Origin: Psilocybe cubensis
Taxonomy: Eukaryota
Assembly: GCA_017499595.2 (NCBI GenBank)
Contig: CM039007.1
Span: forward strand, 1,860,001-1,924,000
Direction: 5' to 3'
DNA: 64,000 nucleotides
Position 1 is the first letter of the stretch. Every line of letters starts with the position of its first letter. Made by a program: the position numbers and the translations under genes. Below, in pieces: positions 1 to 15,110 of the stretch. The notes below the pieces were generated by a model. It did not search any database and was not told where the DNA came from. It saw only the letters and a list, made by a program, of their open reading frames with translations.

Positions 1-993
1 GTGCGACTTGTAACAAAGATTACTACGCCAACCCTTGTATTTTTATCAACCATCCATGCGCTGGCATCCATCCCGCTGACCCGTACCACTGCCCTTATTT
101 TAACATCTCCGGCTGCCACATGACATCAGGGGCGTCGTGGGCCCTGGTAGTTTATAAAAGGGATGTCTGTACAAATGTTTCTTTCAGCTTCTTGTCTCGT
201 TTCAAGTCCATGTTCGGCGCTAATTTTCAAGAAAACGTGGCCACATATGCGTCCACACCTCGGTCAACGCACGAAGCTTCGAGTCTAACTTGTTTTACGC
301 TGGGATCCGCGGCCGTGCAAAACTAAAGGGGAGCTTACCACGTTGGTGTTCACTCAAAGCACGACTGCTGGTCGATTCGTTGCCCTTATCCGTCTGCTTC
401 ACTCGATGTATATCAGTTACTTCCTATGAATCTGCGAATCAGACAAGACAAGACAAGACCTTTCCTTGTGGGACTACTCTTACCTGCTGGATCGGGTGAG
501 TTGAGGCACAAGTCGGAGTCCGACCTGATCGTTACGCTTCCTTACCAGCCAAACTACACGTTCACTCTACGCCCCCGGACCGGTGCGCACAATAGGCAAT
601 GGCTACTGAGTCCACTCCTGACATATCTTCACTGGCATGAAACTCCAAGACGCATTCATGCGCTTCTCCGACGGCAATGCCCGCACGATCCCGCTACTAT
701 CACCTAAAGAGCTTCAAACGACACTGTTTAATCAGTTAGTGGGACTATGACACAGATGCGTTTCATTTAAACTTCATTTCGTCTCAAGGTGATCTCCTGT
801 GTAGGAGTTGAGGACGGGATGTCTATTTATAAGAATTCTGGATATTAAATGTGGCTAGCTCTAGCTCTTGATCTTTTTTCTCTTCTTTGCATTTCTACAC
901 TCGCCAGCACTAGCTGTATCCTCTGCGGGAACCTACGGCTTTGTTGACATCATAGGCATTTATGCTGTCGACAATACAATACTCTGAATAGAA

Positions 994-2093
994 ATGTCAT
1001 GGAGTATCTACTCTGATCTCAGCATTCCATCCTCCACTATGTTTTCAACTACATCTGCTTCCCACACAGCACCAGCACGTTCCCCATCATCATCCATACG
1101 CAACCCCTCTCCACATATCCTGGTCAAATCCACACTCGGCTCCCATGCGTCCCAATCTGAATCACTTATCACGAATCTTTCCTCTATCCTCGCAGGCGGG
1201 ACACCCACCGCCTCCACTTCCATCCACACCAGCAACACCAAGTCTACTATTATCACTAACACCCCAACCCCTGCTGCAAACAACCACCCAATTACGCGCA
1301 CGGTGTATGCAGGCGTGATTGTAGGCAGCGCGATTGGCGGGTTGGGGGTTGTGCTTCTAGTGGTTATTTTAGTGGTATCGACAAAGAAACGGGGGAGGAG
1401 ACGAACATCGAGTGATTCTACAGATTTGGGAATGACAGGGGCACGCGGGCTGTGGATGTGGATGAAAAATCATTGTATGTGGTTTTTGTATCCATGTTTT
1501 GCTATTCGTGATGATGCTTTTATTCACTTCTATTTCCGTTTCTTTTCAATATCGTGTCTGTCTTTATTATACCGTACTGTTTTGTATATGTTGTCTCCAA
1601 CCAAACTCAAGACCATCCAAGTCGTTCGGCACGGACTCGGCACACCGACATTTCACCGTTCTTCCTCTCGTCCTCGCCAGGAACGGCAGGAGCAACTGCA
1701 CATGGCCCCTCCTCCCGTACGACGTCTGCATCCGAGCGCGCTGCAAAATATCTTCGCATTCAAGGCGCAAGTCACGGTCTTGTACAGAATCTACACAGTG
1801 AGCCAGAAGGTGGTCAAGGTCGCGCCGCTGTGGGTAAATACCAGGTCAGGAATCGTACAACTGCGAATCCTGGTGTCGCTGATGACAGCGAGTCTATACC
1901 CTTACCTCCTGGTTTATCTCAGCCTCAGCCAGTGATGGGTGGGGGAGGGGGAGGGGTGTCCATGGAGGGCGCTGGCGCTAATCAGATGGTTGAGGACTCA
2001 GCCAACCATGATGTTCATCCTTCCAGCTCCCAAGCTCACGTATCGGGAGAAGAAAGCCCGCCCTCTTACCATTTTACCTCTGTGGTAACCTAG
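994..2093 (+). CDS. Ser/Thr-rich single-pass membrane protein (Mid2/Wsc-like topology) with C-terminal PPxY motif
   Basis: The ORF from 994 has an S/T/P-rich stretch, then TM segment YAGVIVGSAIGGLGVVLLVVILVV and basic stop-transfer KKRGRRR. A probable intron runs from GTATGT (~1475) to AAG (~1611) and joins the frame ending EESPPSYHFTSVVT* at 2093. Confidence 0.65.
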
Positions 2094-2743
2094 AGCAATG
2101 TATAGTTTCTACTTTACGATTTTTCTCAGGACCCATTGCGGTCCATTGGATGCTGTTTCGAGGGTTCGACTTACGGGACTGGGACCTGCCAGCGTCTAAA
2201 GTATTCTAAATATAGACTTTTTAAATCTGAGATCCAATATTTCAAACTTCGATTGTTAGACTAGTCAGGCACAACCACCCGCCTAACTCAAAACGCCCAT
2301 GATGGTCGAAATTAATCTGCAATCGCGACGCTGGAGCCAACACGCTTCTCGAGTGTCCAACTCATGTCTTGCCATCCAGAGTCAAAGCTGCGCTAACAAG
2401 CACACATCTCTGTCAATTCGTGTCAATCCTCTTCCAAATGTTAGTTTGAACATTTGAATCCAGCTTGTCCCTGATTTCGGCAGTGATGTACACCTTGGCA
2501 ATATCGAAATATTGCCGTCACCAAGGGACACTACGCGACCAAAATCCTCAAGCACTATCACCTGTGGGTGGCGTTCCGCGAATCACCATGGACCCTTTTT
2601 CGATTCCATTTCAAAAGATTACAATATGTTGTGCGTCTTGCACATCGGCTCTTTTTTTTCACGTTCATTTACATATATTCCTTGAAGGAAACGACCAAGC
2701 CAGTTCGCCCTCGGACGGCCTGAGCTCTTTATTCGACGACTGA

Positions 2744-4159
2744 ATGTCTTCGTATCGCCTCGATGACAGTGATCCGGCGGTCGTGTACTCAAAGCCCCTC
2801 AGTGGCGGCCACTGGAGCAAGCAGAACTCTGGGGCGTCCTATCAGAATGGGGTGATGCTCACTCGTACACGGAACGCGAACGCAACACTCTCTTTTACAG
2901 GTGCGCATTTGCTCTCATATCACTCTTCGATCTCCACGCGCTTTTTTTCTGACGTGTGTTTTCCTTCATACTTTTTTTTACCGCACATATAATTGTGTAG
3001 GCACTTCTATCTCGGTTTACGGCCTGATCTCTCCCAGTGGAACAGGAAACGTTCCATCAAGTTTCTACAGCGTCGATGGCCAGAACGCCAAAACTTATAC
3101 TGCGACGCCCACCAGCAACACGCAGAACCAAGTTCTGTTCTACAACTCGGGCACACTCGCCAACGGACGACACAATCTGGTCCTGATCAACCTCGTCGAG
3201 CTAGACTACTTATGGATCGACTACTTCGAAATCACAACAGCCAACGATCCCCCGGCGCAGCCAACCACCGCCGGACCACCACCAGCCAGCTCGCCGAACT
3301 CTTCCAGGCAGAGTAATACAACACCAGTTCAGCAAACCACCCGGGTTGTTACACAGGTCGTGAGCAATACCGTGACCGAGTCGTCGACGACGAGAGTATC
3401 TGTTGTGACGAGTGTCGGGTCGATTGTGGTTCCAGTGAGCAGCGAGGCGGCTTCGTCGTCTGATAGCACTGCGGCTAGTAGTACGACTGGACTCCCGGCG
3501 GCGGATACAACGGATGCGGGCTCTGTGTCGGAGAACAAGACTCCCATTGGTGCGATTGTTGGAGGTGTCTTGGGAGGACTTGCAGTCATCATTCTGGCTT
3601 TGATCTTGATTATTTTGCTGAAGCGCAGGCGGCGGGCGGGAAATCTAGACAATGAGAATGACAGGCTGTCACCTCAGACGGCGCATTCTTCAGGTGGTGC
3701 GTGTATTTGCCTGAAAGTGAAATCATAACTCAAAATTCAGTCCATTTAGTCGTTCCCTTCGTTAGTGGTCCCAATTCGTCGCCAGTGGAGACATATTCTC
3801 CGTACTCAAATTCGAGCTCTGGGCCCTCTGAATCTCAATACGGAAGCTACACCCAAACGCACATGGGTGCAGGACACTCAGGCGTCGTACATAGCTCATC
3901 AACAGCACGCTCTTTGAGCTCCGCGGTACCAACAGGCAAACGGCAATACTCCGCCACGGAAGAAGAAGCCAGAGCGTCTTCAACCGCGCTGCTTGCAAAC
4001 CAGCCGCAGAGGGAGATGGAGCAGATCCCTTCGTCCACCAACGGCAGCGTCCCGGTGTCCATCGATGACCTGCCCCCGTCGTACCAGGCGGCGGCCGCCT
4101 CGTCCCAGTCAGGGGTCAATCCTGCGTTGCAAGCCTTGGCAAACGCGCGCAAATCATGA
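2744..4159 (+). CDS. Agaricomycete cell-surface protein: N-terminal beta-sandwich (galactose-binding-like) domain, S/T-rich stalk, TM helix, PPSY tail
   Basis: Exon 1 MSSYRLDDSDPAVVYS...W...ATLSFT is spliced (2901-3000) to GTSISVYG...FYNSGTLANGRHNLVL...LWIDYF. An S/T stalk leads to TM IGAIVGGVLGGLAVIILALILIILL-KRRRR, a second intron (~3698-3749) and tail ...DDLPPSYQAAA...RKS*. Confidence 0.8.
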
Positions 4160-4865
4160 ACGGACAATTACATTTACTTTCCGCTTGCGAGCGGTCTTCA
4201 AAGTTCTTTACTTTATACTACTCTTCATTGCTTCACCCTTCTTTTCCTGCCATTTATAAAAGGTTTAGCTTATCAATGGGATTTTCACAAGATGCTGGAT
4301 ACATTTGACTTCTTACTGGGTTTTGCAAATTTACTTGTACTAGAACGATTAACTACATTCATTTCAATTTTTTTGTTGATGCACTAATAAGTGATCTCCC
4401 TCGATCTCGCGAAGACTGGCGGGTATCAATTATTGGAAATGATTCGTTTGGTTGTGCTGGTGATCAGCGCTTTGGTCTATCAGGCTTGGCTGGTTCTGCT
4501 CGTACCAACTTACACTGACCCTCGGCCCTCGATTACTTCCCTGTTTGTTGTGTGGAATCATGTAGGAGAGTGTCTTTATTTTATTAAAATCTCTTTTCGG
4601 AAAGTCATTAAGAATAATCAAAGGCGGTTTCGACGAGAAACCGACCGTGGTGTAAATTGGTATTTGATGGCATACCATCGTGGTGCATATATATACATAA
4701 GTATGTATTGCATATAGAGGATTTTGTATTCGTGTTTGCCGACTTCATTCAGTTTTTTCTTCTACGTACAACTTTCTCCGACGGGTGTCTATTCTTCGAG
4801 TTTATTCTACTGGCTTTCAGACCTTTGTCGCTCCCTCCAGACGCTCTTTAATTAGAAGAATTTAC

Positions 4866-6094
4866 ATGTCTTTCAGAATTGACGACCGCGACTCCATAGT
4901 ATCATACTCCAAGCCTGCGGTTGGAGGACACTGGAGCTCTCAAGGGTCCAGCACTTCTTATCAGTCGACTCTCAGCCTCACCCGTACTCGGAATGCCCAT
5001 GCGTCAGTGTCTTTTACCGGTAAACATCGTCAACACGAGGAAAAATCCCGCAACTAATTTTTTGACGATGTCTGCAGGGACCTCCATCTCCGTATACGGC
5101 CTGGTGTCACCTAGCGGTACCGGAAATATTCAATCAAGCAGTTATAGCGTCGATGGAAGCAAGACCGAGGTATATATGGCAAGACCGATTGAAAGAACTC
5201 AAAGCCAAGTTCTTTTCTACGACTCCGGCCCCCTCGTCGATGGTCAACATACCCTTTTAGTGACCAACCTTGTGGAATTGGATTTCCTCTGGATCGACTA
5301 CTTCCTGATAACTAGTACATCAGGCCTTAATGGGTCGGTACCAGCTACGACCCCGGCAGCTTTCTCCAGTTCCACACTGGGCACTTCTACAACATCCACG
5401 AGCTTTTCAAGTACAGCAAGCATTGAATTGGCTTCGTCAGTGCTCCCCACCCAAAGTACTGTGGGGCAAGACGATGGGGCAAGTGTTTTGGCAGTGTTTT
5501 CAGAAAAGCGATGGTACTTATGCTTGCACTAGTCTCCAACGAATGACAATTTGCCGATAACCCCTAGTGCGAGTTCTAACTCGAACCTAAGCGACGTGGC
5601 TGCCATCGTAGGTGGCATTGTAGGAGGAATCTCCTTGATCATCCTGATGGTGATAGTGGTTGCAGTAGCAAGGCGCACAAGGCAAAGGGAACGGTCACAA
5701 TACCACAGAGATGGCCTTTCCAAAGTTGCCTTCGAAAGCGAATCGAAAAGAGGTATGTGTTTGTGTACCGCTGTTGCTGCATTTGTTTAATATGATGATC
5801 TCCAGCGTCCGAGCCATCCAGGGGGTTATCAGACTTCGATGACACCACGGTTAGCACATATACCGCGTCTACCAGTTACTCCTTTGACCAGAGACGCATG
5901 GTAGTAAGCTCAGCATACTCCTGAACATACATGCGACATTGTTCAGAGAGCAACGGTGATGGACAGACCACGTCGAGAAGTCGAGCGTCTCCCCTAGTTG
6001 GTCAAGATTGTATCAAAGAGATCAACGGACTACCCGTGGCCTTCCACAGGTTGGATGTCTGGTTAGATTTTCCTCGTGCTCATCATGGTCCGTA
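4866..6094 (+). CDS. Tandem paralog of the 2744-4159 cell-surface protein (3' end uncertain)
   Basis: MSFRIDDRDSIVSYSKPAVGGHWS...SFT / GTSISVYGLVSPSGTGN...LWIDYF aligns with the upstream gene and shares its first-intron position. TM is VAAIVGGIVGGISLIILMVIVVAVA-RR. The last exons are ambiguous (stop near 5997 or at 6094). Confidence 0.7.
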
Positions 6095-6688
6095 GTAATT
6101 TGATTTTGTATGGTGGAATGCAGTGCTATCTGGAAGCCTTTCTAGGACATCTGGATAGGTGATAGCAATGATTCTTCACGCTCTGATTTCAAAATACATC
6201 GGATCTCACCATGTTCAGCATCCTACATTGAGTACAAGGAATCTCATCCACCATTTGCGCGTGCCGTGCGTGCAGTTCGGGAAAACGGCAGTCGTCGGTC
6301 GTCTTAAGCGGAACGTCAAACTGAGCCCGAATATTTGGATGCCTAAAATATCCAGCTGTGAACTTGAAGCAGTGTCGCAATCATTTTTCGATTCAACGCC
6401 TTAATCATCGTCACATTGGGTCTGTCAGTTGGGCCGCTGGGTTCTTCTCCCACCGGCGCCGTTTCATAATCCCTAGGTGTCTGATTCTGGTGATCTCCGG
6501 GCCTATTCAGGTCTATCTAGTGGAATATGTCAACGGATTGAATGCCTATGATGATATGAAATGCTATGGCGCCATACTGTGTCTAGCAATAGTCATCTTC
6601 ATCCCGCGGTGTGAGGACTGGTTATCTAGAGAATGGGTGGAACCACTATCTTTCTCCCTTTCCCTTCCCTCTACATCGTGTTCTCGTC

Positions 6689-8829
6689 ATGGAGTTCCCA
6701 GAGAAAAGACAGCGTAGCGACTCCTTGGAGGACCAACCATCCGACGAAAATACCGCTTTGTTGAATTCCAGAGGCTCTTCAAGATACAATCATGCGAATG
6801 AAGATCTTCCAAAAAAGAACTCGTTCTTTGTTGAAAACTTGGAATATACTCCAGAGGAGGAGAAGCAGGTGCTACGGATAATCGACCGACGGCTCATGCC
6901 TTGCATTTTGCTTACGACGTTCGTTCTGAATATGGACCGCACGAACAACTCCAACGCCATCTCAGACAACCTCCCATTTGATCTGGGATTCGACATAGAT
7001 GTGGTCAATATTGCAACTGCTATGCATTCTGTCTTTTTCGCCATCGCTTGCCTCACGGGGTCTATCATTGCTAAAATTGTTGGGCCGCATAAGTGTACGT
7101 GCTTATTGAATCCATTTACATACCCAGGCTCTCATTCATCCTTGAACTAGGGATACCCACGTTGATGTTCTCCTGGGGACTTGTAACTTTAGCCCATGTT
7201 CTTATTACAGATAAATCAGGATATCTCACAGGTCAGTTTTCTATTCCAAATTTTGCGATTGTAAATTAAAATTCTTCATCTTAGTACGGTGCTGTAAGTC
7301 CTAAATTTATGCGGGTCCCATAACTTGGCTCTGATCTACTTCAAAGTCATTGCATTCACCGAAGGGGGTAAGCCGTGACCGTATCCTATTTATGACCATC
7401 GAACCTCATCCATCAATTACAGGTGTTATTCCGACTACTCTCGTTTATCTAGGAGGGTTTTACAAAAGTACGGAATTAGCCACACGTCTTGCTTGGTTCT
7501 GGGGAGTGCAGCATGTAGCGAGCGCTGTGAGTGGGTTAATGGCCAGCGGGTTGCTGAAGTTACGGGGTTTGGCAGGGCTTGAGGGCTGGAAGTGGTTGTT
7601 CTTAGTTGATGGTATCATCACAGTTGTTGTTGCCCTTGGAACCTGGTACGTGATAGGTGATTATTTTCACTCCAATTCAAAATTTAAATTCTGCGATAGG
7701 TTTTATCTACCCCGCGATCTAACTCGAACGAAAGGTGGTCTGCGCGGCAGAAGCTCTTGGTTAACATATCGACAAACACAGATAGCTATTACCAGAGTTA
7801 TCCGTGACGATATATCAAAGAAATCATATGAGTTAGTCGTTTTTTGATCTACTGATTGCCTTCATAAATTCTTATAATCGATAATCGACAGAAAAACCGT
7901 ACAATGGTCGGATATCAAGGACACTTTAACAGACGTTGGGATCTTGGGACACCTAGTAATTACCATGATCGGTCAAACCCCCAATACACCCATGCATACC
8001 TGTAAGTACATTTCCAAAATGCAAGTACGAGCCAGACACCCATGTCAACACTTAAAATAGATCTCCCCACGGTCATCAAGTCGTTCAACTTCAACGTTTC
8101 CGTGGCGAATGCATTGACGGCTCCTCCATACCTGCTACAAGGAATCTCAATGGTGCTTGTTATCCAACACTCTGATAAAGTACGGGAGCGTGGGTACCAT
8201 GGAGCGTTTGGAGGTGGGTTACTCCTAGAAAACTTAGTCATGCATATACCGAACTAACGGTCCCTAAGCTGGATGGCAACTTGCTGGTTGGATTTTCTTG
8301 CGAAGCCTTCCAGATAGTGCGGGAAGGGGGATCAAATATCTCGCTGCTGTCATTGTGGCGTCGTGGCCATCTACACATCCGCTAAATATTGCTTGGATGT
8401 CGGAGAATACAGGAAGTATTGGCAAGCGTACTGTTGCATCTGGGTTGGTCATTGGCGCATGTGAGTTGATAACCACATAATATATGATAGTTTACATTTC
8501 TGACCTTTACGTTCTAGCCAATATTTATGGGGTTTGGGGATCGCAGATATATCGCGCGGATGATGCGCCTTGTTAGTCCTCATGTTCTTCGTTTCTACCT
8601 GCACATCTCATGTGCCTTATTTGCAGACTTCAAACGAGGAAATTTAATCAACATCGGTTTCGCTGGTACCGCGTTTCTTCTGTGGTTCATCCAAAAAGGC
8701 CTCTACCAATATCGCAACGCTCGTAATGCAGCTAAACTCCGAGCATTGAGTGAGGCTGATTTGGCTCGAGAGGAAGAGCTTAGGGTATCGAAAGGAAACA
8801 CAAGCCCTCTCTTCAAATTTACTACTTGA
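6689..8829 (+). CDS. MFS transporter, anion:cation symporter / allantoate permease (Dal5/Tna1-like) family
   Basis: Motifs EEEKQVLRIIDRRLMP, NMDRTNNSNA, YLGGFYKSTELATRLAWFW, GLAGLEGWKWLFLVDGIIT, ALTAPPY, HSDKVRERGYH, WMSENTGSIGKRTVA. Multi-exon with GT-AG introns, ending FKFTT*. Confidence 0.9.
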
Positions 8830-9359
8830 TATCTTTGCACTGCTTCTGCACATGTATGACCACTTTCACGATTCATTGACGACATTAGAGTAGAATCCTG
8901 ACTCGAAACACATCATCCCATACCCTATAGCTACTAACTATATACCACCAAATGTACTTCGTATCCATTGTATAGTTTTTATATTCAATTTCTTGCTATT
9001 TTTCGAGACTACCAGTCCCAAATTCTTAAAGAAAGAGATTAACCTTATGGGCGGCGACGTACATTGGATTATTGACTGTAGCAACTGGAAAACCTTCTCG
9101 GCAATTCGCCATTGATAGTAACACGCAGTTAGACAACGCGCCTTTCATTTACAAACCTCTGGTGGCGGCTGGCGACAAAAAAGGAGCAATCTGCCCGCAA
9201 AAGTCAATGTAATGCAAACACGTGATACTTCAAACTCAGAGACGCGTCCCAAAAGCGCGTCTGATCCCCCTATAACACGTCATCTGGGACCTTTATATCA
9301 TTGAATAAACACAAATCAACAGTATTTCTAATATTTTAAATCTCTCTGCGTTATTTTAT

Positions 9360-10706
9360 TTATCTATTCAAGTCGGTTCGATACAAAGACCCCTTTTTCA
9401 CGAACCATTGCGCAGCCGTCATCTTGGGGAAGTAGACATCCCTATCTTCTGCATTTTGGACAGCTTCTGCAATGTATGCGCTTTCATTTACAAGTGCTTT
9501 GAGATAGACATCGTTGGTCGGTCTTGAGAAGTACACGAGTGACCATCGATCATAGCCTGCTTGGGCACCAGGGGGAGGTCTATGAGGGAAATGAAATTAT
9601 GTATTAATATGGTCAGATCAAGTCAGATACAAAATCATTTTTTGACGTACACAACCCGGTGAGTGCAAGATTTCAGAATGCCACCGCTCATAATGGTGAG
9701 AGTATCTCCGATGTTGCAGATTGAATATCCCTCAATCGGCTACCAATAAACACAAATGAAGGTATTTTAGCTCAGATCAAAAGACTAGCTGATATACTCT
9801 CACCTTCACGTATCTCCATTCATCACCGTCGGTTTCGGGAACAAGAACCTGCAAGCCACCTTGCCTATTGGAAAGAAACGACAGACTGTTGGAACAGGGT
9901 CAACATCCCGCAAAGCGCATCACAACTCTTGAGAACACAACCACAACAAACCTTCCGTAATCTGTATGCTGTCCCAAAGCAATCTTCGTCCCCTTCGGTG
10001 TAGCAGCCACCTTAATACACCTCGCCTCTGAAATACACGTCTTCCCAGGGTCATGCAAGGCCATAAGCGTCCCCAGAGGCAACCCGAGCTTGTTCTCAAA
10101 AACACGCATAACAACCTTGCTCTGCTCGATGCACGTCTGTACGAACGGTATAATCGTATCCTGCATATACCTATTCACAGGCGCTGGGTAGTCGCGGTGC
10201 ACGATGCGGGGATAGGCCATCGCGTCGTCCTTTGCGACGTTGATGTATTCCGACGCGTCGAGGGATCCCTCTGCATCTACATATTTCTTGCCCGCTTCTC
10301 GATATCTACATCATGGCTTCAGAATCAGAATAAACTTTCCAAGAGATACGGCTTGTGACTCACCCAGGAGAAGCACCTTTATTACCTTGCCAATACTTCA
10401 TCTTCTCTTCCAACGAAAGCGACAGCGTCTCTTTCCCCATCTCAAACATCGGTCCAACAAATGGTTCAGCATCATGGTTTTTCAAGCTAGAGTTTCTCTA
10501 TCAGCCCACCTGAGGCCCCCAAAACGACCTACAATAGCCTCATCGCTGCACACTTACTACCAGAACCCCCATTTCGTTGCAGCCTCCCACAAAACGTCAG
10601 CTTGCTCTTGGTCGCCTTCCTTGAGGAGTTTGTAATCAACGACAAGGAGATCTTGTACCGGAATACTTTTGTCAGTTGGAAATGGTGGGTGATCCAAGCT
10701 GGTCAT
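9360..10706 (-). CDS. 2-oxoglutarate/Fe(II)-dependent dioxygenase (DIOX_N + 2OG-FeII_Oxy; isopenicillin N synthase-like fold)
   Basis: Minus strand reads MTSLDHPPFPTDKSIPVQDLLVVDYKLLKEGD...LWEAATKWGF. It has HxD in GQHTDYG, NIGDTL, a distal His in LKSCTHRVV and RxS in DRWSLVYFSRP, and ends TAAQWFVKKGSLYRTDLNR*. Confidence 0.9.
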
Positions 10707-11159
10707 CCTGGAAAAAATTGGGAACAATGAACCAACCCCGGCGTAGACGAGCCAACGGCATTTATACTCTAGACAAGCTATTTGAGGTCATGATTACAAT
10801 TAAAGATGGGAGTGCGGCCGTGTCTAAATCATATTTTAGAACATGTTGCACAACCCATGACATAGGAAACGGCAACGCGGATATACGGACTCCGGTACCA
10901 TGCAAAAATATCAATACACTGAAGACATGATCAACTATCAACGCTCACTCATCATGTTTTCTTTCTAGTCGTACTTCATGCGCAGAACTTTTCGATATTC
11001 TGATCTTCGTCGTGTTCATGGTGGGCCATGACTCAAATTCTCAGAAAATCATCGCCTCCTTAGGCATCATATAAAGAATAATTAATTGTATAGTAGTAAA
11101 GTACAGAAGGCGATTATAAAGAGAAGGATGCTCTTTTTGAGCAAGCGTGGACAAGTGCT

Positions 11160-12607
<1,448 letters not shown>

Positions 12608-13959
12608 GTTGTATAAATCTTTAGTGGTGTTGGTGGTGTGGTTTTAAGTGGGTGGAGTGTTTGGATTCGCAATTTTGCTCGAGATGAGGTTTATAAACTC
12701 TAGGTCTAAAAATAGACGAGACCTTTGGTGTCACAAGTGTCATCATTGGGCCTCCGATTGAATAATATTTGCATCCAAAAGGCTTGGAGTATCACAAATG
12801 CCGCGCATTGCGAAACACTCGAACACGCACTGTTGCGTCGTGAATATATTGTTGGGACGCGTCCAGCATGATAAGATACTGACGTATCGAGGCCAAAAAT
12901 AGACAAACGCGTCGGGACTCGGGATCAATGTGACCCCTGAATCTAGGATTCAAAGGCTAGATGCGCATACAGTTACAGCCCACTCTGTCTGTTGACAAAT
13001 GTTGACCATCTTAGCTGTGATCAAAGAAGTGAATATTAATTCAGGTAGCCCACTTGAGAATATACCCACCGTAATCGTAGTAAGAGGTACTTATGTGTTA
13101 GATCCAGAGGGTTAATACTAAGACCATGCTGAAGAAAAAAGGACAAGCAGCAATACTTGCAAGAAATTTCTTGCCTAAAATTGTAATACTAGAGGTTTGG
13201 TGTATGTGTAGCAATGCGGTTTTCATGTCTATTTCGCCATTGCTTCACAGGCACCTCCACTGGCAAAATGCTCTGGAGGAGGAAGATACCGCTCTCACCA
13301 CTTCTTCTTCAGGGAGTTTCAACCTTTCCTGAAAACGACGACAAGAAATACTACTCGGCATACATACTCGGACTCTCAAGATACCACAACCCGTCTCCGT
13401 GGTTTGGCATGTTGTCAAAAATATGAATGCGATGCGTGCTTCTCAGAGCCATGCCTAACCCGTAAACTAAATTTTCCCTGACAAAATTTCTCATTCTCCG
13501 AGTTGAGGTTCAGACATTCGACACAATTCCAGCTGTTGGCCGAGGTTTCTTGCTCAAGTTGTTCGACATTGACAAAGGTTTGTTTACAAGTTAGACGTTG
13601 AGTGAACGAGGAATGAGAATGAAATGCAATTGAGAGTCACCCCGCTCGCGCCAAGCCTGCGCGTGTGTATCCGAGTCATTCCTAATGGGGACGCTTTCGG
13701 CATTAGCCACTAATTGCTCGCGAGGTTCCTGTTGTCTGTCACTCAGCGCTGTTCATTCTGGCTCATGTCTCGAAATGAAGTCCCGTCAACCCCAGCTTCG
13801 ACTTCCAGGATTTCGCTCATACGACATACAAATCTCTTCCTCTCTTCGCTCATAATTTACCACAACCTGAACGTACGGCGTGAAAGACATATGTACCCGC
13901 GAGACAGGCGTTGTGTACGTATGTGGGTTCTAAGCTCGAATTGACCACTTGGCAATGTG

Positions 13960-15110
13960 TCGCTTTCATGTCCCATGGAATGATGGATCACTTGACCTTG
14001 TGGAACTTGTTTTGCGTTCAAGAAGACTGCAATGGGAGGATCTGGGAAGATAATTTAAAATGGAATGCATCTTTGTTGCCACCATTGAAGCTTCCTTCTT
14101 CTTTCCTAACACTATTCGTGTCACCATCTTTTTCGTCCCGCTCCTTCTCAAACGCTTTCACCTTGCTGGAGGAAACCCGCGGGCCTCACTCGGGAGGAAT
14201 AGAAGGAAGAGGGGGCAGTCGCCTTGGGACTTGGACGCACCGTGAATAAACCCCCACACATCTTGTCGCTGTCTTACGGAGAGATGCCATCGTTGGACCG
14301 CTTCACATTTTTTGTCAACTACGACTTTCTCTAGTGAGTTTCATGTGATGAATATTCCCAAATATTCTACTAATGCGCACCCTTTCTGTAGTTGGGGTAC
14401 GCATTGCCTTGTGCTTGAGTGTGTGGGGACAAACTAACTCACTTCTTGTAGGTTGTCTAGCATCAATAAACCTTGTGTATGTGTCCTTGCACCCTGCACG
14501 CATCGTTGACAACTGACCTTTTCTTGATGCAGCATCTCCATCTTGATATATCACAACACTAAGGTTGAACGATATCACAAATTAGCGTCCGAATACGAAC
14601 TCTCTACCTCCGCCCATCCCAAACCATCAATATCTCTCCCTGGCTCATTCAAATATATAAGCACGTTCACAGGCATAATAAACCTGTGTGGCGCCTACCT
14701 CCGCACGCGACGAATCCAACTCCTGCAAATTCCAACATCGTGGCTGACAAAGTTCATTGGGGATGCAGAAATAGATGAGGGATTCCTAGATCTCGTGGAT
14801 GCCGAGTGGATTGTCGCGCTGAATGATTGGAGCAACCTTTTTCTGGCCATCACCTTCTTTCTCTCTGGATGCTTCAACCTCGCAACTGTGAGACATCTAC
14901 GATTGCGGGACCTGTGGGCGGAGAAAATTCTATTGCCTGCCCCATATAAATCCTGTCAGCAGGATCACTTCGACGATAAGGAGGTGCCAGGCGCGTTGGG
15001 TGAAGGAAAGTCTTTTGCGAGAGCTGCTCCTGGGTGTTCGAAAAGAGCGAGTGTGGTGGGGTCGTTAGACGAGAAGGGCGTTACAAGGCTTCGATAGAAG
15101 AAAATGGAAA
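13960..15110 (-). pseudogene. Possible decayed gene relic between the head-to-head GAPDH paralogs
   Basis: Minus-strand frames give protein-like stretches interrupted by single stops (NPLGIHEI*ESLIYFCIPNELC; LPSIPPE*GPRVSSSKVKAFEKERDEK). No coherent gene model could be built. Confidence 0.25.

Noticed and set aside
14543-15097. 184-aa plus-strand ORF between the GAPDH paralogs
   Set aside because: Non-ATG start and no recognisable motif; more likely a chance or antisense frame of a relic.
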